DNA of 61,015 bases, filler included, from Hausera hauseri (taxonomy: Eukaryota), in the NCBI GenBank assembly GCA_046269625.1. It is 10 parts of 10 records of this genome, joined end to end, with 100 filler letters (N's around TTAATTAATTAA, not from the genome) between each part and the next. Parts side by side here need not be neighbours in the genome. Positions count along the whole stretch, not along the records: positions 46,461 to 51,287 come from JBJURY010422587.1; positions 51,388 to 56,755 come from JBJURY010269397.1; positions 56,856 to 61,015 come from JBJURY010728990.1; 7 more parts are not named here. The stretch is one strand, 5' to 3'. Below the pieces are notes generated by a model that was not told the DNA's origin, searched no databases, and worked only from the letters and a program-made list of their open reading frames with translations. How positions within the stretch are numbered: position 1 is the stretch's first letter; every line of letters starts with the position of its first letter. Shown here one piece after another: positions 51,067 through 61,015 of the stretch. A program made the position numbers and the translations under genes.

Positions 51067-51082
51067 GTGTGTGTGTGTGTGT
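51025..51082. repeat. (GT)n microsatellite
   Basis: About 29 GT units with one interruption. Confidence 0.97.
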
Positions 51083-51902
51083 ATGGGTAGGGGTTAGGAG
51101 TAAGGTGTGAATTGAGTTTAGGCCAGGTTTAGCTATGTACTGGGGTGGTTAGTTAAAGCAGGGGTTCTCATGCCATTTGGGTCTGGGGACCCCTAACAAG
51201 GGCAAAAAAACTTCCAGGGACCCCCTCATAAACCCCATGCTGTTTTAAAAGATATTGTCATTTCAACCCCTAAATGCCATGGGAATANNNNNNNNNNNNN
51301 NNNNNNNNNNNNNNNNNNNNNNNNNNNNNNNTTAATTAATTAANNNNNNNNNNNNNNNNNNNNNNNNNNNNNNNNNNNNNNNNNNNNTTTGGCCCGTTTG
51401 TCACATTAGTTTTAATTCGTTTTTGTAAATGGATTTTTCTTTCCAGTGAATCATTTAATCATCGCTTGAATTTATTATACGTTTGGAAGTCTAAACGATC
51501 ACAGAAATTCCACAGTTACCAATTAATTTCGACAAGAAGTTCATGATTGCGAAAATGTCGAAAAGCGTCGAAATTAGTGCATTGAATAAAAGGGGAATTT
51601 CGGATACTAAGGTTATTTCTCAACTGGAATACGGTAAAAAATCGTCTACTGATTCAAAGGATTCTGTGTTGCTTAATTCAATTGTTGAAGCCGTTATCCG
51701 AGGTGATATGGATCAAATTGCTTCATTGGTCTTATCGCAGCGTAACACTGATTCCAAAATCAAAAGTGCAGTAGACAAGCTTCTGTCGAATGTTGACGTT
51801 TCAACAGCAAATTCTAGTAATTCCTACTCTAACAATCTTACATCGCAATCATTGGACGTTGAAAATGAAATTAGAACAAGCATAAGCCACAGGTAGTGAA
51901 TC

Positions 51903-52885
51903 CTATCAGTCTTTGTTGTCGTGGCATAGCATGAGTAAATATGATTTGAGCGTGCGATGGAAATGTTCAATCACACCGTTCTCCTGTGGATGGTATGGCG
52001 ATGTGTGTATGTATTTGGAACCAAGAGATTTTTTCAACTGATTGAACATGGCTGATTTGAATAGGGCACTTTGATCTGATATAATGTTTGGAGTACTCCA
52101 AATCGAGAAAACCATGTATTTAATAATACTGAGGCAGCGCTTTAGGTTGTGGTTTGGCGAATTGCAATGCTTCGGTCCACCTCGTTTTTCTATCAAGAAT
52201 GGTTAGGTTATACTGATATCCGTTGCATTCGGGAAGTGGTCCTACTATATCCATATGGATGGTCTCAAACTGTGAGCCAGTAGGATAGTGCAATATTGAT
52301 GGCTGTATAGTCTTGTTAAACTTGTATTGTTGGCAATGTGAACATTCATTTGTCCAAACTTTATGTCGCTTAGCATTTGACGCTTTTCAGACTCTATATA
52401 ATAGGTTAGATGTAACTTTTGATCCAGAGTGATGCATATTATGGTTTGTATCGAATGCCTGTTTCCACAGGTTTTCTGCCAGAATGAGCCGTGGATAACC
52501 ATTGAGGACGGTGTTGTAGTGTATTCTACCTTGTGTCGAATGTTTTGAAGAACGTGATATCGTCTTCCTTCAGAGGATTCGATCAGAGAACTTCTTCCGT
52601 AGAAATTGGGTCGAAAGATAATGTCGATAGTCCCATTCTGGAAAAGAAATCAGCGACTGTATTATCTTTTCCCATCATGTGTTCTATCTGAAATGAAAAT
52701 TCCGATAGAAATGAAATGTGTCGCTCTTGACGAGGCGATGGGTTTTTGATACTCATCATGTGAATGAGTGGCTTGTGATCCATGGGAATTGTGAAACCAT
52801 TTCCTTCAATGAAGTGTCAGAAATGTTTGAAGGTAAGAATTATGTCTAATAATTCTCAATCGAAAGTTGAGTAGCGTTGCTCAGC
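51903..52885 (-). pseudogene. CsRn1-like Gypsy RNase H-integrase remnant
   Basis: DHKPL..SPRQERH, GKDNTVADFFSR, SDQ..F.S, SPYHPQENGVIEHFHRTLK. Confidence 0.85.
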
Positions 52886-55100
52886 TCAATGAATATTTTT
52901 ATTCTTAATTCATAAGTACTACAGGATTTATTTAATGATTTAATTTATTTTGTTGATAATCTTTAAATTTTGCCTTAGTATTGGACCAGATTGAAATTTT
53001 AGCTCACTTTATGCTGATGAAAGTTATTCATTCAAAATAGTTGCAATCTATAGACTTTCTTTCCATTTTGTCTGATTTTTGTGCCTCAAAGGAAGAATGT
53101 TACACAACAATAACTCTAATTACTCGGTATTGTTCAATGCAGTACCAAACTGCATGAGTTATTGGAAGCCATACTGGCCCGGGTATCTCCAAGGAAGAGG
53201 ACTTTCCTGCAAATCAGGGTTTTACAAGTTCTACAGGTTGTAAAAGTTCCAAATTTTAAGGCTAATTAACAGTTTATTGAAATAATTTACAAAGTTCACT
53301 AACAACCTAAAAAATTTGAAAAAAAAAACAAAATAAATTGTATATTTGCATGGAAATTTATCAGAAATAACTCTGCATACTGGATAATCCGCAAAATTTT
53401 TGGTACCAAATTGTACTTGCAAAGAACAGTACTGTACTGCCGCGGTCGCGGAAGCAACAATGTTTTAAGCCAAAACGCCAACAGCTGAACTGCTTTCGGG
53501 TCGGTTCTGACTGTAGGATCTGCTTTCACCCATCGGCTCATATTCGCTGGCTTTTAAATGACAAAGCACCGCTTCTGCTACAATGAAACACTTTGAAATA
53601 CCTTACCTCATATTCATACCTTCATCCAAATTATTATCACCTATCTCATTATCATCGTCGGTATCTTCAACACAATTCTCAATCTTCTTAAGAATTTTGG
53701 ATTTACAAGTTTTTTTTAAATATCGCCTTTGTTGCAGCAATTTGTATAAAGCAGCTTTCTTATCATCTTTGTTACATTTTATTGGAGTTGTGATTAACCT
53801 TTTCATATTCTCAAAATCCCAACAATTTTAATCCGATCTAAAAACAAGTTTTTCAACAACAGATAAATGTACAACAATTTCTCGTTTTCCTTTTTCTCTC
53901 TTTCTGTTTCGCATAAATGAGTAGTGAGGAAGGTAAATCTGAAAATGACTTTAGTTACTGATACCACCCAAGTACCGTGAATTTTGTGTGACAAAGTTAA
54001 CCGACATCATTTTTACAATTTTTTCAAGGTCAAACATGATACTTTGTGATTTATTAATTTACAGACAGTTTCGGAAGCATCATAGAACAATAAATTTTTT
54101 AGACATGTCTGCTAGCCTAACTTAATTTCTGGATCATTGTGTTCATTTTGCAGACAACGTTGTATCAAACTCAGTACAAGAATCACTGCTGCAATTTACA
54201 TTTGGTACGGTCATTGCATTCTGATTTTCCATTCAGCGTGGTCAAATTTGTTCTTGAGGACGTTTCGTTAATTAAATCAATTTTCAGTAGAAATCTATTA
54301 CATGTTATAACATCCCACAGATTCCCAAATCATCACACGTAATAAGAAACTTCGCACATTAAAGTCTCTCGATATCTTTCGTGTCGTTTACCAAAGATTT
54401 TTTAATTGGTAACATTTCCTACTGTATAATTTCACTTTTGGTCGAGGTTTATTGACTGTAATTTCGTATGATATTACTTTAGAAATGTTTTTATTATTTG
54501 ATCGGAAACATATCACTTGTTTTGATACAATTTTCTGAATACCGAATCAAATTGTAATTGTTTTCGGTGTAAAAGCTCTTTATCAATTATTTTTATTGTG
54601 CATTTATGCAAATCTAACCTTTTGAGTTTCCCTTCAGAGTTACGAGTTTTCTTTATGGTTTTTACATAATTTATGGCATCGTCTTAGATTCATTTGGAAA
54701 TGAATTTTCAAAGATATAATAATCAGAAAGGTCCGATGAGTCGTAACAGGATAAACATCTGGGAGTCACTGCAGTTGGAACCGCAACACTGTTGGATATT
54801 TGTAGACTTGAAAATTAAATCCCCATTGTCATGGAAGCAATTTACATAGAGAGTACGACGACCCTAGATCACAGGGGGTGGGTCGCTGTTCCCCAAAAGG
54901 TCGTTGGTTTGGGATGGAAGAGAAATTTTCACATCTTTGATGAATTGTATGCATGGAACCCAAAACCGAGAAGCACCATACTGTTAATCGAAGTTTTTTA
55001 AATTCTACAGGTTTTACAAGTACAAAATGTTATGCTGATTAATAATCATGAAAAAATGTTTGAAAAGAAAGCTAAAATTATGCATTACGGGCTTCGATAT

Positions 55101-55354
55101 TGTGGGGATATAATCGAGAACACAAATTCTAAATTTAAATTAGAAATATTTTTAAATTAAAAAAAAATTAATTTAAGAGTGTAATATTAAAAGCTTAATT
55201 AAAATTTAGAATTTGGGAAAATTGTTTGTGAAGTTTTGTTTCCAAATAAGTATTTTGGATTATAATAAAATTTTCAACAACTGGTGTTACTTTTCAATGA
55301 TCAAATTCTGATTTAGCGGGCATACCACGGGGCAGGGATTTTCCAACCCTACCA
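55101..55354 (+). repeat. Probable short 5' LTR followed by degenerate tRNA-Ser PBS (55359-55374)
   Basis: TGTGGGG...CCCTACCA termini, then TG(G)GCGACGAGG.TGGG, directly before gag. Confidence 0.55.
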
Positions 55355-55399
55355 AAGCTGGGCGACGAGGTGGGCGGCGTGGATGCGCCCGCGGCCAAC

Positions 55400-56755
55400 A
55401 TGGCGACTTACGCCACAATGGACATTTTCGCGAACCAATTGTTGCCCAACAAATTCAGGAAAGGCGACGACGTGGAGAAGTTCATTAAAGACTGTGAAAA
55501 ATTCTTCAAATATATGAACACACCGGCTGCGAAACGGGAAATTATGGTTGAATGCCTCTTGGAGGAAGATGCAGTAGAAAGATACAAGGCAGTAGATTCA
55601 AAGATAAAGAAATACCAAAACCGACTACGGAAGGCTTTCGCCCGATCCTCAACGCTATGTGAAGATCTAAAAGACGCGGTTGAGTGCAGAATGAATGGAG
55701 CGGAACCGGAGGCTTACTTCGAGCTAACCGAGAAAATTCTAAACAAATTCATGAAGCACAATCTTTCACGCGAGGCTCTGGAAGAGGAACTATTGTTCCA
55801 ATGTTGTATCAATAGAGAGATGAGAATAGAAATATGCCTCAGTGACAAACGGGACGCGGAAACCATAAAGGAGAAAATACGGAATATACACGAGGTAACG
55901 ATTAAGACAGAAGAAGTCAACACAGTTAAGGAGTATCCGGAGATCGGTAGAAGAAGCTACCAGGAAGTGGCAGCACAAAATATCAGAAAACCCGTTCCTA
56001 GAATCAACACGACTTCAACTAGAACACCAAATAGTAGATTAAAGTGTTGGACTTGCAAGAAGGAAGGACATACAAGCAGATTTTGCACTGTAGGGAGACC
56101 GATAAAATGCTTTGGATGCAGAAAAGAAGGATGCATAAACAAGCAGTGTCCCAAAAGAAAACCAATAAGATGCTGCGGATGTGGTCAGCTGGGGCACATC
56201 ACCTTAGCTGTGCGAGATGAAACCTTAGAGGACATACCGAAAAGGAGTGCTACACCAGGATGAAGATGAAAAGAGAATAAGGATGGGATACATACAAAGC
56301 TAAAAGAAGGTTCGGGATAATCAGAACAGAAAACGGGGGGACGTCGCAAACGTAGAGGAAGAGGAAACAGAATCGGAACAGTAGTTAGTTGCCCCAAAAG
56401 GCAGAGCCTCGATAAAAGTGGAGCAAATCGAGGCACTACAATATATTCAGTCTCCCATAATATCGTTATGTATAATAATCGTATTATATCAAACGGTATA
56501 GACGAATCAAAAAGAAGGGAACACGGAGATATAGTGATGGATAAAAGGACGCAGGAAAAAGTACGGAAATTTATGAAAACGGAAAATTTCTAGGAAGTAT
56601 TCTCCAACGGAATAGAGGAAAGTGGGAACGATACGCAGATCATCACGCTAGACGAATTGTATGTCAAACAGATATTATACAGGACGTTTAATGGAGGATC
56701 AGGGATCAGATTAAAGATACAAGAGAGATGGGAAGATTGCTTATTAGACACAGGG
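55400..56755 (+). pseudogene. Gypsy gag with three CCHC-type knuckles and start of protease
   Basis: CWTCKKEGHTSRFC, CFGCRKEGC..QC, CCGCGQLGH; CLLDTG at contig end. Confidence 0.85.
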
Positions 56756-57259
56756 NNNNNNNNNNNNNNNNNNNNNNNNNNNNNNNNNNNNNNNNNNNNT
56801 TAATTAATTAANNNNNNNNNNNNNNNNNNNNNNNNNNNNNNNNNNNNNNNNNNNNAGAGTTTTATCAAACCTATTCTTTTAAAGACATGCATTACAATAG
56901 TGATAGTTAATAAACATATTTCGACTTGCAAAAATAACATGTATCAAGAAAAATGAAAATATTGAAAAATCCATAAACTCTTTTCAAGTACTGTATTAGT
57001 GAGCATTATATTTTCACGTTTCGGATAATTTCTTATAAAAATCGCTATTTAACAGTGTTACATTTTATGCTCTTAAATTGTCCTGAGTACCTTATTCATG
57101 CAGTTTTAAATAACATCATTTTTATTATCATTTGTAATACTGAATGTGGAAATAAATTGAGCATGTGAGATATATTAAAAATTCCTTTTGCAACATTTGC
57201 TATTAAAAGTCGTGGAATCTGATGGTTTTCATAATAACAACGCAAAAATACGCTATTCA

Positions 57260-57560
57260 TTAAAACAGTTTTATTTGCAACAAACATGTATAAGAAAGAA
57301 TCATAAGAAACAACTGGTTAATAAGCGTAAATTTCAGTTGTAGCGTTTCGTCACTCTTGATTCTTTTCCTGAGTTCTTGTAACAATTTAACACATCTTTC
57401 TGCAAGAATAATTGTTCGCAAAACATTAATGCTAGGTTTCTTTTGACTCCAATGTATTTTTGAACACGTCATGACAGAAAAACATGTGAGATTCTCGATT
57501 GCCGCGGGCAAGGAAGCCGTCATCCATTAAATAGCAGAAAGTAAACTTATCAGTCTTGAT
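57260..57560 (-). pseudogene. Possible C-terminal fragment of a DDE transposase
   Basis: AERCVKLLQEL..LQL resembles the AERGVKL catalytic-Glu motif of the family seen at 46890-47858. Confidence 0.35.
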
Positions 57561-58100
57561 AATTCAATCTTGCTGTATGAAGAGAAAGATGATATTCACA
57601 ACTTTATAATGGGAAACTTCTTTTGTTCCTTGTAAAACTTATACGTATTAAATAAGTAAACAAAAACCTCAAATCGCCCCTTCATGTTTCCTCAAACATT
57701 TGGAGATGCATAACTTAGTATTCTGTATTCTCAATTTTCTTGCCATCAGAATGAAAACAAATATTTTCTCCTTCCAGTGGCATATTTTCCTAACTTGAGG
57801 TATCTATTGTCGCAGAACTTTATACGAGGTCTTTGCCCTAAAACCGTATGACTTGCTTTGAACTCTTACACGATGGATTGTCTTGTCAGAATTTGGAAAA
57901 TAATTGAAATAGTTGTAATTATTTATCAATTAATGTTCCGTTCAATTTATATTGGATACATAATACAAAGTGATAATAAAAGTGTATATTTTTCAATTGA
58001 GGAATTTTATAATCACCCCATATAGATGATACGTTAATTGACAAATTCATGAAAGATTATAATTGATTCATAATTTTTTAAAAACCCAATTCTGTCAGTC

Positions 58101-59012
58101 ATGAAAGATATGAAACAATATTCCTCCCAATCAGAATGTGGCAGTATTGAACCAGCTACTTTTTCCGTCAAATGGAGAAATGTCGTACTGAAAAATTTTG
58201 AAGCCGAACACAACCAAGCAAAAAACAAACAAGCTGTTGAAGATCAAAAAATGAATAATCTCAAAGAGAATTCTAATAACTATAACAAACTGGTAAAGGA
58301 TATATGCAGTTTTACCAATCCAAATCGAATTATGGGCGCCAAAATCCGATGTGAACTACCAAATGAATTTTTCGAAATCAAAATTACCGGACGAAATTGG
58401 AAAGCAGCCGAATGCAATCTTAGTATTGAAGTCTGTACTCCCGACGTGTGTATCGATTACCCGGGATATACTGCAAAACGGCGAATTTTTCGACATTACT
58501 TAGAAAATCTGAAAATTACCGACTTAATGCTCCTGCCGTTTATTGAAGACGACGCTCTCGATTTTGCCGGACTTATAAATCCACCATCTCCAATTCGATC
58601 GTCTGCTTTCAATCGCCATAGCTCGTTTTTTGAAGAGGATAAATTAGCATTGGCCGAGTTGCATGAAAAACCGAAGGCACCTATATTAGTAACATATTAC
58701 TACAAAGATCACGTAATGAAATTGCCCATAGTTCATCCGAATTTAAAATATTACCGAAAAATGTATCGGGAGTGCATTTTGGGTGATCCTTTTTTGGGCC
58801 GAATGTACGCTAAAAGAGACGATATGTGTCCAAAGGATCTGGCCAATTATTTGAATGATTTGGTTCAAGAACGTAAAGGTGGTCCAAATCAAATAGTATT
58901 CAAAGATGAAACATCCTATTGGGATTTATTCTTCAATATGTCAGTGAGTGTCCATATGACGGATATATCGTCTGAACTAGAAACTGATTTGTTTTACCAT
59001 ACAAGAAACTGA
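58101..59012 (+). CDS. Hypothetical protein, 303 aa, intronless
   Basis: Long open frame with normal composition in AT-rich DNA; no motif recognised. Confidence 0.55.
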   Translation: MKDMKQYSSQSECGSIEPATFSVKWRNVVLKNFEAEHNQAKNKQAVEDQKMNNLKENSNNYNKLVKDICSFTNPNRIMGAKIRCELPNEFFEIKITGRNWKAAECNLSIEVCTPDVCIDYPGYTAKRRIFRHYLENLKITDLMLLPFIEDDALDFAGLINPPSPIRSSAFNRHSSFFEEDKLALAELHEKPKAPILVTYYYKDHVMKLPIVHPNLKYYRKMYRECILGDPFLGRMYAKRDDMCPKDLANYLNDLVQERKGGPNQIVFKDETSYWDLFFNMSVSVHMTDISSELETDLFYHTRN

Positions 59013-59419
59013 TTGATGCTCATGATCCGGCATATGTCGAAGAAGTAATTTCTAATCTGATCATCAAACTAATCACTGATGAAATGAATCCATGCAGTAA
59101 TATCCGAAGGCGATTTATGAACTGTTTTATGGTGGCCAATAAAAATAATGTAGTTTCGTCACTGTTTTGCAGTCACCTTCCAAAATGGCTTAACATTCTG
59201 TCAAGGGGATTATTTAGTCCGTATTCACAAATTCGAGAAGATACGTGTTACTGTGTTGCGTTTATGTTTTCCGAAACCAAGTTCATCGTCGATCTGATTA
59301 AAGCGTGCACAACCGATTTCATATATGATTTTATCTGTATCATCTGTAAAGCCATCGATCATTACTCGATCATTACTCAGCGGCTGAGGTGGTTTGGTTT
59401 GATGTTATATTGTTGAAAG

Positions 59420-60140
59420 TGAAATACTCGCTCAACACTCGCAATTTGATTATATGAATTATTTTAACATTCGTATTTTTCAAAGTAGATTTTATGTCAG
59501 GTTTAGAAATTGGTTGAGTTAAATTGTTGTCAATAGCAAAATTGTGCGCTGATGAAATTGAACTTAACATATTCGAAACCGACAGAGCTTTAAAGTAAAC
59601 GGCGAGGCTTTTCATGAAATGACGCTGTCTGCAATCAACTAGTAAATTGTAGTGTGAAAGAAAATTAGATCCAAGAATTGGTCTTTGTACATTTGCAAGC
59701 ATGAATTTCCAAGAAAAGGTTTGGAAAAATTTGACAGAGAAAAGTGAGATGTACTGTGCCAATGGTGCGCAACGGTAGACCATTGGAGATAAATAATGAT
59801 TTACTGATTGAAGAAGATTATTGTGATTCATAATAGAGAGGAAGAACTAAGACTGCAGCTCCAGTGTTAATGAGAAAAGAGATGGAAGAGCTTTTGGATG
59901 TAATGGTAGCTTGTAGCGTAAAGACAGCAAAGAACGCGTTACGGCTGTTTAATGAAGCGTTTGTGCCTTGACCAGAGGTTGCCGTTGCTTCTTGTGGCGT
60001 TGTTAGTTTTTTGAAGGCATTGCTGAGCTTGATTGTGCCGAGGAATTGTAAAATTTACAACGTGGTAGGCATTTTCGAGCATTGCTGCGAAATTTATTAC
60101 GATAAATGAAGACGGCTTCATTTGACTTAAAATTTTGATT
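59420..60140 (-). pseudogene. CsRn1-like Gypsy gag/protease remnant
   Basis: FLINTGAA (degenerate DTG) and WKFMLANVQRPILGSNFLSHYNLLVD parallel 13706-13870. Confidence 0.75.
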
Positions 60141-61015
60141 ATAGAATCTTCATCATATACAGCATTTATTGGCGCGTTTCTTAAATTTTGATTGAAAAAA
60201 AAAAATCGTGCTGCGCACAGGAGAGTTGCTGCGCGAAGAACTATTCGATTTAGTTGGGAATTGTTTATTCCCAGGAAAAGATCTATGCGGTAATGTAAGT
60301 AGGAGGAAAGGAGGACATGGCACCACCCCCCCCCCCCACAGAGTCTTTCTCTTTCGATGAGCGGGCGCCCCTTCCAGTCATGCACCCCCCGCCGCGCAGA
60401 GATAACGGGGCTGTTATTATCTACTCCACTGCACATAACCTATAAAATTCAGTTTCCTTTATTAGAGTTTTATAGAAAAAATATCCTAGATTAGGGTAAT
60501 TACCTTAGAAGTGGCAACACTGCTGATATCACAATTTTAATATAAATGTCGTATAGTCATTATTAGGATTAATAAATCATTTTTTGGAAATTAACGCAGT
60601 TTATCTGTATTGTATTGATATGTAATTGTGTTTCCATAATGAGACATCTTATTTGACTTTAATTTTTTATTGAATTTCTACATAATATTTCTTAAATAAT
60701 TAAACCATTGCCGACTAATTTTAGCCTATTTAAGGCAATCATACAAGGTTAAATATAGAACACATCCATTTACTTAAAATTGGTTTAATTAATGTATAAA
60801 GAAAATATTTTTAACTCCCTTTACTATCTGTCAATGTCACATGAAAACTGAAATGTCTCTCCGCTTTAATCGTCCGTAATTCTCTTTTAAGTGTTCAATG
60901 TCAAAGGGATTTTGAAGTAACAGTTAACAAATGCAGAAAAAGTATTAACACGTTGACGACAATGTGTGTTTTTGAGTGTCTGCAGCATGGGGCAACGACG
61001 TTAAAGTTCATTTCC

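Noticed and set aside
52900-54850. Decayed minus-strand coding DNA, perhaps a Chapaev/Transib-like transposase
   Set aside because: Too fragmented to assign by eye.
55123-55215. 14-bp inverted repeat caaattctaaattt / aaatttagaatttg
   Set aside because: AT-rich and inside a probable LTR; no evidence for a separate MITE or terminator.

Overview
This is not one genomic locus. It is ten AT-rich eukaryotic contigs joined by nine artificial 100-nt spacers (N44-TTAATTAATTAA-N44). Almost all of it is decayed mobile DNA: CHCC-type (CsRn1-like) and CCHC-type Ty3/Gypsy elements, a piggyBac remnant, Polinton/adintovirus-like pPolB, capsid and protease fragments, and one teleost-looking contig (sushi-like chromovirus, HECT exon and a spliced integrase-like gene). 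The source is plausibly a fish-associated invertebrate such as a myxozoan with host contamination; this is inference only. The notable system is a family of large Gypsy-type retroelements, seen as three divergent copies (contigs 1-12659, 29641-36271 and 40953-46360), with a complex-retrovirus-like layout. Piecing the copies together, one long polyprotein runs: helical N-terminal region, ubiquitin-like domain, AT-hook-like motif, internal signal peptide, chuvirus-like class III fusion glycoprotein, TM, PR, RT, RNase H, IN, second signal peptide, then a Cys-rich/FN3-like membrane protein. The envelope therefore lies UPSTREAM of and in frame with pol, and no Gag zinc knuckle is visible. Nearby accessory genes encode RING fingers, a BIR (IAP) domain and a REX4/ISG20-like pseudo-exonuclease, several starting at splice acceptors. 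All family assignments are by manual motif recognition; no database search was run.
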